From the sequence record KJ019103.1: a DNA stretch of 64,000 bases; one strand, written 5' to 3'. How positions within the stretch are numbered: position 1 is the stretch's first letter; each line of letters opens with the position of its first letter. The position numbers and the translations under genes are program-made. Shown in pieces: positions 19,734-30,643 of this stretch. The notes beneath the pieces were generated by a model. The model was not told the DNA's origin and searched no databases. It was given only the letters and a program-made list of their open reading frames with translations.

Positions 19734-22700
19734 TTGCCCCTTAATAAGTTAGAGAATTTCATTAAGAATACGGATGGACGTACTCTGTATGTTAATCCAA
19801 ACGATCTTAATGCTACTGATAGTATTACAAACCAAGGCACTTCCCTTACAGAACCCTTCAGAACTATTCAGAGGGCGTTAATTGAGAGTGCGCGTTTCTC
19901 ATATGTGCGTGGTGATGATAATGATCTCATCGAGAGAACCACCATCATGGTGTATCCCGGTGAGCATCCTATCGATAACCGTCCTGGTTTCGGTATTAAG
20001 ACAGTAGGTAATAGTCCGGTAGCGGTAACTCCTTCAGGTGAGTTGATTGATCCGTTCCAAGCATTTAACCTGACTGATGCTAGTAACTTTGATATTGAGT
20101 CTAGTAATAACGTTCTCTATAGATTTAACAGTATCTACGGTGGTGTTGTTGTTCCCCGTGGTACTTCTATCGTGGGTATGGACCTACGTAAGACAAAGAT
20201 TCGTCCGATATATGTTCCCAACCCCACTGATGATTCAGTAGATTACTCAGCGATCTTCCGTATCACAGGTACTTGCTACTTCTGGCAGTTCACCATCTTT
20301 GATGGTAATGAGAATGGTGTAGTATTCACTGACCCAAGAGATTTCTCTGAGAATAACCAGTCCAGACCCACTTTCTCACACCACAAACTAACAGCATTTG
20401 AATACGCTGATGGTGTCAACCCAGCGGTAGAATCAGGGTTTGAACTCACTGACCTTGCTATGTATTATAGTAAGTTGTCTAACGCATATAATGAAGCATC
20501 TGGTCGTCCTATTGATGAGAAGTATCCATCAGATCCTGGTGGTTTTTCACCACAACGTCCTGAGTTTGAGATTGTTGGTGCATTCGCAACTGACCCAATC
20601 AATATCACTCGTTTAATCTCTGGTGATGGTTTTGTCCCTGATGCTGTCATCACAGTAGATACACAGGTCCCACATGAACTAAACACTGGAACACCAATTA
20701 AGATTCGTGGTGTTGCCATCAGTGACTATAATATCTCTACAAAAGTATCTGCAGTTCTTAGTCCTACTAGGTTTACGTATAACCTATCATTCGTAAGACC
20801 TAACCTACCAGCAGAACCTTCAGTATCCTCTGCAACTGTAACCGTTGAGACTGATACTGTAACAGGTGCTTCACCATACATCTTTAACTGTTCGATGAGA
20901 TCAGTTTGGGGTATCAATGGAATGCACGCCGATGGTGCCAAAGCAACTGGATTCCGTTCCATGGTTGTTGCTCAGTTCACCGCGATCTCCCTTCAAAAAG
21001 ATGATAGATCCTTCGTTACTTATAATAAACAGGCACGTAGATACGATGGTATCAACGTCAATAAGACTGTAAGGGGTGCTGAACTATCTGCACAGTCATC
21101 TTCTACTAACTCAGCAACTGTATACCACCTAGATCCTGACGCTATCTATCGTCCTGACTGGGGTACAACTCACATCAAGATGAGTAATGATGCAGTCATT
21201 CAGATTGTGTCTGTATTCGCTATTGGTTTCAATCAACACTTTGCTTCTATTGGTGGAGCTGATGCATCAATCACAAACTCTAACTCCAACTTTGGTCAGT
21301 TTGCACTGAAAGCTGATGGATTCAAGAATGATGCTTTCCTCAAAGATGATAAAGGTTTCCTAACATCATTTGTTTCTCCTAAGAGTGCGTATAACCCAGA
21401 AACTGATGATGTTGAGATCATTGACTGGATTAACATTGACTTTGATCTAACTCGTAGTATTGCCTTTGCTAATCAACTCTATCTAACTGGTTATACTAAC
21501 GCGGAAGATAAACCACCAGTAGTTAATCAGGGTTTCCGAATTGGTGCCAACTACAAAGAGAGTCTCATTCAGAGAACAACAGTTGGTGCTGGTGCAGATG
21601 TAACCTCATCAGTAAGAATGTGTGATAATATTCTCGGTCCTGGTAACAATCAAGCCAATGGTAGTAGTGTTGCTAGGAAAGTATATCAAGTTCTAGCAGG
21701 ACCTATCAACAATACCCTCTCACTGGGTGTTCATGGACTACTTAATGGTGAGAGTGTAAGAGTATTCTCATCAACAGGTGACCTACCTGAGAACCTAGAA
21801 AGAGGTGCCCTATACTACGCAAATGTGGTTGATGGTGAGAATATTCGTATTGCTACTTCCGAGTCTAATGCACTCAACAACATCTTCCTCAACATCTATG
21901 GTGGTGTTGAACTTCGTGTTGAGTCTAGAGTTAATGATAAGGAAGCAGGTGAAAGAGGTCATCCCGTTCAGTATGACTACACTAACCAGAACTGGTTTGT
22001 TCATACTGATGCCAATAGTGATATCTATCAGTATATTGTAGCCAACCCAACCTCTACAGATGGTATTGACTTTGTATCCATATTCAAGAGATTTGGTGAT
22101 AACAGGGCACTAGAAGACAAACTATATCGCCTCAGGTATGTTATTCCTAAGGAGTCAAGGAACGCAAAACCACCTACCCCTGGTTATGTTCTACAAGCAT
22201 CAGCAACAACAGGTGCTAGGAATAACGATGACTTTATCCTACAGGATATTGGTATCAATGACTATGAATATAACAGAAACCCACGTTATATTGTAAGTTG
22301 TACTGTTATTGCTAATGAAGTTGAGGTTCGTAGTGAGATTCCACACAACTTGAATGTTGGTGATAAGATTAAAATAGTGAATGTTGCCAGTACAAATAAC
22401 ACTGGCGCATCACAAATCAAAGGTTTTAATGGTGAGTTCCTAGTTACTAGAGTTATCAACTCTCGTGAGTTTAGGTATGATATTACTGATGTAAATGGTT
22501 TTAGTAGAAATCCTGGTACCTTCACCAACAACATCAATGAAAGAAACATTCTTCTACCTCGTTATGAGAGAAAGGATCTACAGAGTAATGTATTCGTATA
22601 TCGTATTGAAACTATCACTGATTTCCTAGAAGGTGAGAGGGATGGTATCTACCACTTATTCCTTCTTAATGGTTCTAACCCAGTAACAGAGACATTCACT

Positions 22701-25601
22701 GATATCCAATACAATCAACCTGTGGAAGATTTATATCCACAGATGGATCCTGATAACCTTATTCAGAACCCCCCTGCAACCACAACGTTTGCTAAGAGGG
22801 CACCCCTAGGTGATGTTACTATTGATGAACAACAGAACTCCATTACTAAAGAGTCTGTTGATAAAATATACAAGACACTTAATGTTGGTATCATTGAGAC
22901 TGCTACTGATGGCACTGTTGGTGCTGGTGGAACACGTACAACCACACTAACATTCCAAAGAGAGCACGAGTTCAACTCTGTGTATAGTTACACCACACTA
23001 GTTGGTGGTGGTGGATATACTGATGGTACTTTCTATGATGTTAAACTACTCAGTGAGTTTGGCACAGTATGGGGAGGTGCTTCTGCTGTTGTTACTGTTA
23101 CTGCTGGTACAGTTACCGCAGTTACTATCATGGATCCTGGTTCAGGTTATTCTGCAGGTCAGACACTATTCATCGATGGAACTACAATTGGTGGTGGTAC
23201 TAACGCTACTATTAGTATTACTCAGGCAGACTTAGAGGATAACAAGCATAGTATCCTACAGATTTCTGGTGGTGCTTTGTATAACCCAGATTCATATGTA
23301 GTGATGACCAGTGTTGAGGATCAGTCTTCAGTTGGTGTTGCTAGAACTTCTGGAAGTCCTGCTATTATTCCTGGTATGTACGCATATCCAGCAGATAGTG
23401 GAACAGGTATTTCTTCAACTACATATAACTCCGATACAGGTTTAACAACACTAGTATCTACAGGTAGTGCTGGTTTTGGTCTTCAGAGGGGTAACACTTT
23501 CGTTGTATTCAGTAGTAACTATAGCTATCTCGGTAAGTTCTTTGTATCTAATGTTCCAACTCCAGATACATTGGAGTTCTACTCATACCGAGATCTAGGA
23601 ACTGTATCTATTGTAGGTAAGACAGGTTTAGATGTAAATGATGCTAACACTGGTTCCTTAGGTGAGAACGTGGGTGTTAGAGCTACACCACTATATGATA
23701 ACGGTGTATTCTATCTTGAACAGTCTTCAGGTACTGGAACACAACTAACAGTTAGGGCTGAAGATGGTGGTGTGGCTGGTAATGTAGACTCTAAGATGTA
23801 CCTAGGAAGATACTTCCAAATGGGTTCTGAGATTATCAGAGTTGCTAGTAAGAACTTTGATGGAGCCAATAACAATATCGTAACTGTTATCCGTGGTGCT
23901 CTTGGTACCGTTGTTAGCAACCTTCCCATTAATACTAAGGTGAAGGCAATCAGACCTTCCGCACTAGAACTTAGAAGACCTTCTATTCTACGTGCCTCAG
24001 GTCACACCTTTGAATATCTTGGTTATGGTCCTGGTAACTATTCCACTTCATTACCACAACTACAGGTTAAGCAACTCCCAGATGATGAAATTTACCTAGT
24101 ACAGGCTCAGGAACTATCCTGTGGTCAGGTTGTTTATACTGGTATGAGTGATAATGGTGACTTCTATATCGGTAATACCAAGTATTCCGCAACCTCAGGA
24201 ACACAATCAACCTTTGATGTTCCCATCCCAACTGTTGCTGGTCAACCAGGTAGTTCTAATAATGTTGTGTTTGATGAAGTTATCATCAACCGTCGTCTAT
24301 TCGTATCTGGTGGTGAAACTAATGAGGTTCAGTCACAGTTTGATGGTCCTGTTAAGTTTACCCAGTCTGTTACTATTCAGAACAATCTTTTCGTAACTGG
24401 TACAACTCAACTCAATAGAATTGAGATCACCAGTACAGAGAACGCAACCAGTTCTGCTAATGGTGGAGCACTAACTATCAGAGGTGGTGCTGCTATTGGT
24501 AAAGACTTCTATGTTGGTGGTGAAATGTACACCAACGCATATCAAATAGAAGATACAAGTGCAGTTCTTGAAATTGGTACTAACCAGTCATCTAAGGATA
24601 TCTCTGTTGGTGGTTCAACTGATACAGATAGAGTTGTTTTTAATACAACTAAACTAGCAACAGGTGAAGGTGCTGAAGAGGTAGTTAACGCAGACGCTGG
24701 TGTTGTTGTTGAGGGTGGATTAGTTGTTCGTGATGTTATTATCGCGAAAGAGTTTAGAGGTGCTGGAACTGGTGGTGGTCCTGGTACTATCCTACTCTGG
24801 GGTGGTTCTACTAGTGCTCTCCCTGACAGATATCTACTCTGCAACGGAGCTACTCTCAATAAAAACACATATAACAAACTATTCGAAGCCATTGGTTATA
24901 TCCATGGTGGTAGTGGTAATAGTTTTAAGTTACCAGATTTGAGAAATAGGTTTATCCCTGGTGCTGGTAGTTCTTATGCGGTAGCTGCAAAAGGTGGGGA
25001 TGATTCAGTTGTACTAACTGAAACGCAGATGCCACGCCACACGCACTCAACTTCAGCAGTCAACGCACCACATACTCACCCAGTATCGTTTACTAGTGGA
25101 GCGGCAAATGCACCACATAAACACCCAGCTGGCACAGGTGGCGGTGGAAATCATAACCACCCATCAGGTGGCACAGGTGGTGGTGGTAATCACAATCACC
25201 CATCAGGTGGCTCTAACAATACAGGCAACCATGGACACCCGTATAGTGCTCCGGGGCAATCCAAAACTGATGTTGCTAATTCTAACGAGAAGAATGTAAC
25301 TAGCAACGTCAATGCCTCAGGTGCAGGAACCGGTGGTGGTGGAGCACACTCCCACTCTGTTTCAGTTAACAGTACATCCTCAGCTCATAATCACCCAGTA
25401 AGTGTCAACTCTGGATCTTCAGCTCATAATCACCCTGTTAGTGTTAATTCAGCTAATGCACCACATTCCCACCCAATTAGTGGTAATGCAGGTTCTGCAA
25501 ACGCACCTCACGTTCACCCAATTGGTAATACTGGTGGTACTGCTTCCTTTGACAATAGACCCAAATACTACGCTCTCTGCTATATTATCCAATCAGAGTG
25601 A
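19734..25601 (+). CDS. large virion fibre protein with tail-collar domain and His-rich needle
   Basis: cyanophage structural N-terminus MPLNKLENFIKNTDGRTLYVNP; collar PGTILLWGG..LPDRYLLCNG..FKLPDLRNRF; 11 HxH motifs; C-terminal DNRPKYYALCYII. Confidence 0.8.
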   Translation: MPLNKLENFIKNTDGRTLYVNPNDLNATDSITNQGTSLTEPFRTIQRALIESARFSYVRGDDNDLIERTTIMVYPGEHPIDNRPGFGIKTVGNSPVAVTPSGELIDPFQAFNLTDASNFDIESSNNVLYRFNSIYGGVVVPRGTSIVGMDLRKTKIRPIYVPNPTDDSVDYSAIFRITGTCYFWQFTIFDGNENGVVFTDPRDFSENNQSRPTFSHHKLTAFEYADGVNPAVESGFELTDLAMYYSKLSNAYNEASGRPIDEKYPSDPGGFSPQRPEFEIVGAFATDPINITRLISGDGFVPDAVITVDTQVPHELNTGTPIKIRGVAISDYNISTKVSAVLSPTRFTYNLSFVRPNLPAEPSVSSATVTVETDTVTGASPYIFNCSMRSVWGINGMHADGAKATGFRSMVVAQFTAISLQKDDRSFVTYNKQARRYDGINVNKTVRGAELSAQSSSTNSATVYHLDPDAIYRPDWGTTHIKMSNDAVIQIVSVFAIGFNQHFASIGGADASITNSNSNFGQFALKADGFKNDAFLKDDKGFLTSFVSPKSAYNPETDDVEIIDWINIDFDLTRSIAFANQLYLTGYTNAEDKPPVVNQGFRIGANYKESLIQRTTVGAGADVTSSVRMCDNILGPGNNQANGSSVARKVYQVLAGPINNTLSLGVHGLLNGESVRVFSSTGDLPENLERGALYYANVVDGENIRIATSESNALNNIFLNIYGGVELRVESRVNDKEAGERGHPVQYDYTNQNWFVHTDANSDIYQYIVANPTSTDGIDFVSIFKRFGDNRALEDKLYRLRYVIPKESRNAKPPTPGYVLQASATTGARNNDDFILQDIGINDYEYNRNPRYIVSCTVIANEVEVRSEIPHNLNVGDKIKIVNVASTNNTGASQIKGFNGEFLVTRVINSREFRYDITDVNGFSRNPGTFTNNINERNILLPRYERKDLQSNVFVYRIETITDFLEGERDGIYHLFLLNGSNPVTETFTDIQYNQPVEDLYPQMDPDNLIQNPPATTTFAKRAPLGDVTIDEQQNSITKESVDKIYKTLNVGIIETATDGTVGAGGTRTTTLTFQREHEFNSVYSYTTLVGGGGYTDGTFYDVKLLSEFGTVWGGASAVVTVTAGTVTAVTIMDPGSGYSAGQTLFIDGTTIGGGTNATISITQADLEDNKHSILQISGGALYNPDSYVVMTSVEDQSSVGVARTSGSPAIIPGMYAYPADSGTGISSTTYNSDTGLTTLVSTGSAGFGLQRGNTFVVFSSNYSYLGKFFVSNVPTPDTLEFYSYRDLGTVSIVGKTGLDVNDANTGSLGENVGVRATPLYDNGVFYLEQSSGTGTQLTVRAEDGGVAGNVDSKMYLGRYFQMGSEIIRVASKNFDGANNNIVTVIRGALGTVVSNLPINTKVKAIRPSALELRRPSILRASGHTFEYLGYGPGNYSTSLPQLQVKQLPDDEIYLVQAQELSCGQVVYTGMSDNGDFYIGNTKYSATSGTQSTFDVPIPTVAGQPGSSNNVVFDEVIINRRLFVSGGETNEVQSQFDGPVKFTQSVTIQNNLFVTGTTQLNRIEITSTENATSSANGGALTIRGGAAIGKDFYVGGEMYTNAYQIEDTSAVLEIGTNQSSKDISVGGSTDTDRVVFNTTKLATGEGAEEVVNADAGVVVEGGLVVRDVIIAKEFRGAGTGGGPGTILLWGGSTSALPDRYLLCNGATLNKNTYNKLFEAIGYIHGGSGNSFKLPDLRNRFIPGAGSSYAVAAKGGDDSVVLTETQMPRHTHSTSAVNAPHTHPVSFTSGAANAPHKHPAGTGGGGNHNHPSGGTGGGGNHNHPSGGSNNTGNHGHPYSAPGQSKTDVANSNEKNVTSNVNASGAGTGGGGAHSHSVSVNSTSSAHNHPVSVNSGSSAHNHPVSVNSANAPHSHPISGNAGSANAPHVHPIGNTGGTASFDNRPKYYALCYIIQSE

Positions 25602-25605
25602 TGGT

Positions 25606-25612
25606 ATAAATA
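25606..25612 (+). promoter_or_regulatory. late promoter
   Basis: ATAAATA upstream of the 25644 gene. Confidence 0.7.
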
Positions 25613-25643
25613 TCTATAAGGTACTCTAACCATTTTATAGATA

Positions 25644-27752
25644 ATGGCGAATTTTAATAAGGCGTTTAACTTTAGAGGTGGCTTCCAAGTTGATGAAGAC
25701 ACCTTTTTGGTGCGCGGTTCTAACGTTGGTATCGGATCTTCTGTTCCATCAGAAAGACTAGATGTTGACGGTGTTATTAAAGCTCGCGGTTTAATTATTG
25801 ACTCCACTGATGTTGTTGCCATTACTACCGCATATGTTGGTGTTGTAAGTGCAACTGAGGTTCAATCCGGTATATTCACTGGAACTCCAAAAAATGGTGG
25901 TATTGCTACTTACTATGGTGATGGATCACAACTAATCAATCTCCCCACATCTCAGTGGGTTGATATTGATGTAGGATTAGGCTTCACTAGTATCTACGCA
26001 GCTGGAAATGTTGGTGTTGATACTGTAGATCCTAGGTATAAGTTTCAGGTCGGTGGAGTTCCTTTCAAAACCAAAACTGGTCCCCTCTTACAAGCACAAG
26101 ATGGTGTAGGTGTTGAGGATGGTAACATTTATTTCTCTGGTATTGCCTCTGCCAGATTCAAACCCGGTCTAGAAAAGCAGGGTTTTGTGGGTTATGGTTC
26201 ATATATTAATACATTAAATGCAGCTGAACTCACCACTGGTGATATTCCTTCATATGCATATGGTGATCTTATTATCACCGAAGAAATTATAGCACCTAAA
26301 CTAACAGGTATTGCATCAACTGCTATCGGTGTTACAACTGATGCTCAGTTATCATTTGATACTGCAGTAGCAAACGAACTTAGAGCAAAGAATAGATTTA
26401 TCAGTACAGAAGGTTATCTTCAGATTGGTACTGATGAAGATGTTGCTGGTGTAGGTGATATTGAAGTAGTAAAAGATACAGATAACTCCAACATCTATTC
26501 AATATCTAATACTCGAGCACAAATTCTGGTGGGTAATGAGAGACCCGGTGGATCTAATCGTGGTATTGGTGGAATAAGGAAGGGCACATTTACTAGTGAT
26601 CCACTCACATCAGCCACTGATGTAGATTTGGTTAACTATGATGTCGGTAACCTAAACTTCTATCTCCATAACGGATCTGGTGGTCAGGGTGCAACAACTG
26701 GTAAGTTCCGTTGGATATATGGCCAGAGAGATATTTCAGTTATGGAGCTGGATAAAGATGGTCAATTAGTTCTACCTGATAATGTAGTGGTTACAGGTCC
26801 ACTCCTAAGTGTTGGTGGAAGTGCATATCTCAAGAATGGTGCTCAGTTAGATGGTGATCTAAATGTTACATCAGGTATTGGTTCTTTCGCTAATGATGTT
26901 AATATCTTTGGAGAACTCAGTGTAGGTAGTATCTCAATATCTGGTGTTGTTACATTTAGTGGTATTGACACAGATATCCTAACTGTAGGATCAGACACAG
27001 TTATTCAATCTGGCATTGCAACCATTGCAAGAATTATGGTTGTTAATGATACAACCAATTCAGTAGATATCGATGGTTCTCTTGAGTCATCAACATTAGT
27101 AACAACTAACGCTAGTTCTTCCACATTAGTATTCTCACAGAGTTTAACAGGACCGAATGGTTTCACAGTATCATCTGATGGTAGTGTAACAGCCTCTAGT
27201 GTGGATGTATCAGGTAATATAGGTGCTGGTGGGACTTTTGAAGGTGTTGATATTGTTACAAACACCGGAAGCATCAACGACCTCACTGTTAGTGAATTAA
27301 TCGGATCTAAAGTCGATGTTAGTGAGGTCGAAACTGATAGTCTCAATGTAGCAAACTCATCCACAGTTAATGACCTAAGTGCTACTAGTATTGAGACCAC
27401 ATCCATTCAGGCAGACACCACTGATTTCAATGCCATGGAAGCAACTGCCGCAAGTGTGGATAGTTTAGGTTCTAAGAGTGGATCAAAAGTAGATATATCT
27501 GATGATCTAGACTTACAGAACAACGATATCGATGGAGTTAATGAGATAAACGTTGAGAACCTCAACGCAAACGATAGGGTTTCTAGCTCCTTTGGGCGCT
27601 ATGGTATTACTAACAACAACTACGTTTCTATTGATTATGGGGACAGAGGTTTCGGTAGTCAAGATCTTCCAGCTATTACTTTCGAGGTGTTTGATGATAA
27701 CAACGTTTCCCTAGGACAGACATACTTCAAACTATATACCCCTGTCCCCTGA
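25644..27752 (+). CDS. virion structural / tail fibre protein
   Basis: GNVGIG-type fibre repeats, YYGDGSQLINLP, beta-rich Ser/Thr/Val C-terminal half. Confidence 0.7.
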   Translation: MANFNKAFNFRGGFQVDEDTFLVRGSNVGIGSSVPSERLDVDGVIKARGLIIDSTDVVAITTAYVGVVSATEVQSGIFTGTPKNGGIATYYGDGSQLINLPTSQWVDIDVGLGFTSIYAAGNVGVDTVDPRYKFQVGGVPFKTKTGPLLQAQDGVGVEDGNIYFSGIASARFKPGLEKQGFVGYGSYINTLNAAELTTGDIPSYAYGDLIITEEIIAPKLTGIASTAIGVTTDAQLSFDTAVANELRAKNRFISTEGYLQIGTDEDVAGVGDIEVVKDTDNSNIYSISNTRAQILVGNERPGGSNRGIGGIRKGTFTSDPLTSATDVDLVNYDVGNLNFYLHNGSGGQGATTGKFRWIYGQRDISVMELDKDGQLVLPDNVVVTGPLLSVGGSAYLKNGAQLDGDLNVTSGIGSFANDVNIFGELSVGSISISGVVTFSGIDTDILTVGSDTVIQSGIATIARIMVVNDTTNSVDIDGSLESSTLVTTNASSSTLVFSQSLTGPNGFTVSSDGSVTASSVDVSGNIGAGGTFEGVDIVTNTGSINDLTVSELIGSKVDVSEVETDSLNVANSSTVNDLSATSIETTSIQADTTDFNAMEATAASVDSLGSKSGSKVDISDDLDLQNNDIDGVNEINVENLNANDRVSSSFGRYGITNNNYVSIDYGDRGFGSQDLPAITFEVFDDNNVSLGQTYFKLYTPVP

Positions 27753-27759
27753 AGAATAA

Positions 27760-27818
27760 TGTGACAGTCGACAAACTGGCACAGGGGGGTTGGCAAACCC
27801 CCTTTTTTGTGCTATAAT
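27760..27818 (+). promoter_or_regulatory. element copy 1 (with terminator hairpin)
   Basis: TGTGACAG..CTGGCACA, TTGGCA-17-TATAAT. Confidence 0.9.
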
Positions 27819-27851
27819 AACAGGGTAGTCAAACAGAGAGGTTAGGTTCTA

Positions 27852-28202
27852 GTGGGTTTCCTGAAGTCTCTGTTTGCTACTGCCTTGGTGGGTATTGTTG
27901 GTGTGGTGTCTCCCGCCGAGGCAAGTGTAGGTGGCAATATGTCTCCAGTCGTAGAGGGTATGTGTATAAAGTACACACCCTTTGGTGATTTGCCCTGTAA
28001 GATTAGAGTATACGATAGTGAAGAACTAGTGTATATTACAGATGGTCATAATACTATGACATATACCAAGCACCCATTCATACCATATGCGTGGACAATG
28101 TATGTGAATGAACAACGGATATCTAATATGTTATGCTCCCTAGATAAGTATAACTTCTCTTGTTTCACCTCAATCCAATTTGTTCCTGATTATGAAAACT
28201 AA
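27852..28202 (+). CDS. exported hypothetical protein
   Basis: signal peptide ending AEA; several Cys; GTG start. Confidence 0.65.
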   Translation: MGFLKSLFATALVGIVGVVSPAEASVGGNMSPVVEGMCIKYTPFGDLPCKIRVYDSEELVYITDGHNTMTYTKHPFIPYAWTMYVNEQRISNMLCSLDKYNFSCFTSIQFVPDYEN

Positions 28203-28524
28203 ATCATTGATGCTCACCAGTTTGATGGTGGCAACGATAACCGCAACACCTGCTATGGCATACGGATATCGTCAACCATACTATCAACAACCCCCAGTTG
28301 TTATTCAACAGCCAGCACCTGTTATCATTCAACAACCAAGACCCAGTACCCTAGAAACTGTTTTGGGTATTGCAGTTATTGGTGCAGGTTTATACTGGAA
28401 TAGTCCAGCATATCAGAACGATCATGGATATTATAATGGAAATAGAAACCATCATCACAACCAATACCAAGGTGGCAAAACATATGTAATTTGTAATGAT
28501 TACGGACGGAGGTATTACTGCTGA
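28192..28524 (+). CDS. exported/membrane hypothetical protein, Pro/Gln-rich
   Basis: signal peptide ending AMA; QQPPVVIQQPAPVIIQQP; TM segment. Confidence 0.65.
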   Translation: MKTKSLMLTSLMVATITATPAMAYGYRQPYYQQPPVVIQQPAPVIIQQPRPSTLETVLGIAVIGAGLYWNSPAYQNDHGYYNGNRNHHHNQYQGGKTYVICNDYGRRYYC

Positions 28525-28733
28525 TGGATTTTGTGGCATTTATGATTGATAAGGAAAACGCCTTATCACTGATACAATCACTTCACGAATCTGCCGATAA
28601 GTGTAGTAAAGATGGAAGACGAATTATGGAAGCAAACTATACCAAACTAGCAGACATGATGATGGAACAATACCTAGTATCAGAGAGTATCCACAGGAAG
28701 AGAAAAAGAAATAACGGAGATTATATCGGCTAA
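28524..28733 (+). CDS. hypothetical protein
   Basis: coupled ORF. Confidence 0.6.
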   Translation: MDFVAFMIDKENALSLIQSLHESADKCSKDGRRIMEANYTKLADMMMEQYLVSESIHRKRKRNNGDYIG

Positions 28734-29305
28734 TGATTGACTATCTTACCATCCCTAATAGCTTATCAGACAAACTTTGTGACGACATCATTCACAAGTT
28801 TGACAGTGATGATAGAGTTGATTATGGTAAAATTAATATGGGAGATGTTGATACTGAGGTCAAAAGATGTAAAGAGTTGTTCATATCAATCCTAGATAAC
28901 TGGCGAGATCTTGACAATCAGGTATTCAATGCGTCGGTGAAGGGGTTAAGTCAATACCGTGAGTACATTAATGAGTTATACGATGCCGATTATCTTCTAG
29001 GATCAGATAATTCTGATCAAGGTTACCGGGTAAAGAGATACGATATTGGTGAAGATTACTTTCATTGGCATCATGATCTACGCATAGATGAAAACCGTAG
29101 GATGAGATCAGTTGCCTTCATATGGTATCTAAATGATGTGGAAGAGGGTGGTGAAACAGAATTTAGTAATGGTCTAAAGATACGTCCAGAGAAAGGTAAA
29201 CTACTTCTATTTCCATCTACATGGAACAACGTACACAGAGGGAATACACCAATAAGTAATACGAAGTATGCTATTACTAGTTTCCTCTATTCCTCCTACG
29301 ATTAG
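28733..29305 (+). CDS. 2OG-Fe(II) oxygenase
   Basis: YFHWHHD, IWYLNDVEEGGETEF, FPSTWNNVHRGN. Confidence 0.9.
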   Translation: MIDYLTIPNSLSDKLCDDIIHKFDSDDRVDYGKINMGDVDTEVKRCKELFISILDNWRDLDNQVFNASVKGLSQYREYINELYDADYLLGSDNSDQGYRVKRYDIGEDYFHWHHDLRIDENRRMRSVAFIWYLNDVEEGGETEFSNGLKIRPEKGKLLLFPSTWNNVHRGNTPISNTKYAITSFLYSSYD

Positions 29306-29334
29306 GTGATATATACTAAGTATGGGATACTTCA

Positions 29335-29889
29335 GTGGCAAAGGGTTATCGAATCAGGGGAGACTTTATTGCAAGTCTCATTAAACAACACGACTGTAAG
29401 ATTGGTTATGAAATTGGGGTATCCAATGGTGCAACTTTTGGTAAGATCTTAAAGAAATGTGATAATATTGAGTGGCATGGTGTAGATCCATGGGTTGTAT
29501 GTCCCGAGTATGATAAACGCCCCAATGGTAAGGGTAAGTGGAATCATGATAGTAACTATGAGAAAGTTCAGGAGATTGTTAGTAAGTATCCAAAGCGTGC
29601 ATATACCCACCGCATGACCTCTGTAGAGGCTGCAAAGGAGGTAGAGGATAGAAGTATTGATATTATCTTTATAGACGGTCTGCACACCTACGAGGGGGTG
29701 AAGGAAGATCTAGAAGCTTGGGTGCCAAAGATCAAAATAGGTGGTATAATCTCTGGACATGACTATAAAGGTATGAAGAGACATGAGGGTGTGACTATAC
29801 GAGTGAATGAAGTATTTGGTGAAGAAAACATTACTACTGGTCCAGATGTGACCTGGTGGTTATACAAAACGGAGGAACACGATGACTGA
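29335..29889 (+). CDS. class I SAM methyltransferase (Methyltransf_24-like)
   Basis: YEIGVSNG, DIIFIDGLHTYEGV..D, GGIISGHDY. Confidence 0.85.
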   Translation: MAKGYRIRGDFIASLIKQHDCKIGYEIGVSNGATFGKILKKCDNIEWHGVDPWVVCPEYDKRPNGKGKWNHDSNYEKVQEIVSKYPKRAYTHRMTSVEAAKEVEDRSIDIIFIDGLHTYEGVKEDLEAWVPKIKIGGIISGHDYKGMKRHEGVTIRVNEVFGEENITTGPDVTWWLYKTEEHDD

Positions 29890-30643
29890 GGGTTATGTTG
29901 TTATTGCACTTGGCGATAAGTATGTTCAACTCGCCAAGAACTTTGAAGATACACTAAGACAAAACGGTGACAATCGTCCTGTTCATGTTGTCACTGAAGA
30001 CATGATTGATAAGGATAATGATAAGTATAGGGACTGTGATGTTCCCAACGAAAGGTATAACTGCTACCCCAAACTTCACTTCAATGAGTATGCGATATTT
30101 GATCATAGTATCCTAATCGATGCCGATGTTCTGTGCGTAGGTGATACCCAACACGTTTGGGATATGTGTAAAGAACAGGAACAGTTTATTCTTCACCGTG
30201 GGTGGGGACAAGTTACTAAATGGAATAGAGAACTACAGAAGAAAGTGTGGGACGTTCATGGGTTCGTACCTCCTCGCATTCACGGAGCTTTCTGTTATCT
30301 AAGGAAGGCAGATATCAATGAAGACTTCTTTGAATTTATCCAAAATAATGTGTGGTTTCAGTATACTGAATGGTGTACGGAAGATGTCAAAGCAAGACAT
30401 CACAGGTTAAGTAGATCAGACCAGGTGATATATGCTATTGGTTATGGTAAGTTTGATCTCATGCCCTGTCAGTTAATGGAAGTCCCTATTATGACTCATA
30501 TATTGACAGCGGCACACGTTAATCCTCCATACGATAGAATCACTTTTAAGGATCAAATTGGACCCGATTTACAACATCCAGTGGCATTTGCCCATATCGA
30601 ACAACTATTTCAGGAGAGCACCCCAGAAAGTTTTCTAAGGTGA
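29882..30643 (+). CDS. GT-A glycosyltransferase-like protein (GT8-like)
   Basis: SILIDADVL DxD motif; SRSDQ; C-terminal FAH. Confidence 0.6.
   Translation: MTEGYVVIALGDKYVQLAKNFEDTLRQNGDNRPVHVVTEDMIDKDNDKYRDCDVPNERYNCYPKLHFNEYAIFDHSILIDADVLCVGDTQHVWDMCKEQEQFILHRGWGQVTKWNRELQKKVWDVHGFVPPRIHGAFCYLRKADINEDFFEFIQNNVWFQYTEWCTEDVKARHHRLSRSDQVIYAIGYGKFDLMPCQLMEVPIMTHILTAAHVNPPYDRITFKDQIGPDLQHPVAFAHIEQLFQESTPESFLR

Noticed and set aside
25129-25180. CTGGCACA/GTGGCACA inside the fibre gene, and TGGCACA at 56724
   Set aside because: These encode Gly-Thr-Gly or Met-Ala-Gln, with no left arm and no -35/-10 at the right spacing.
3493-27406. Many minus-strand ORFs nested in structural genes
   Set aside because: Fully overlap well-supported + strand genes, with no RBS or recognisable motifs.
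27776-27795. Sigma54 promoter (TGGCAC resembles the -24 box)
   Set aside because: Spacing to a TTGC -12 box does not fit, a sigma70-type -10 is present, and cyanobacteria lack sigma54.
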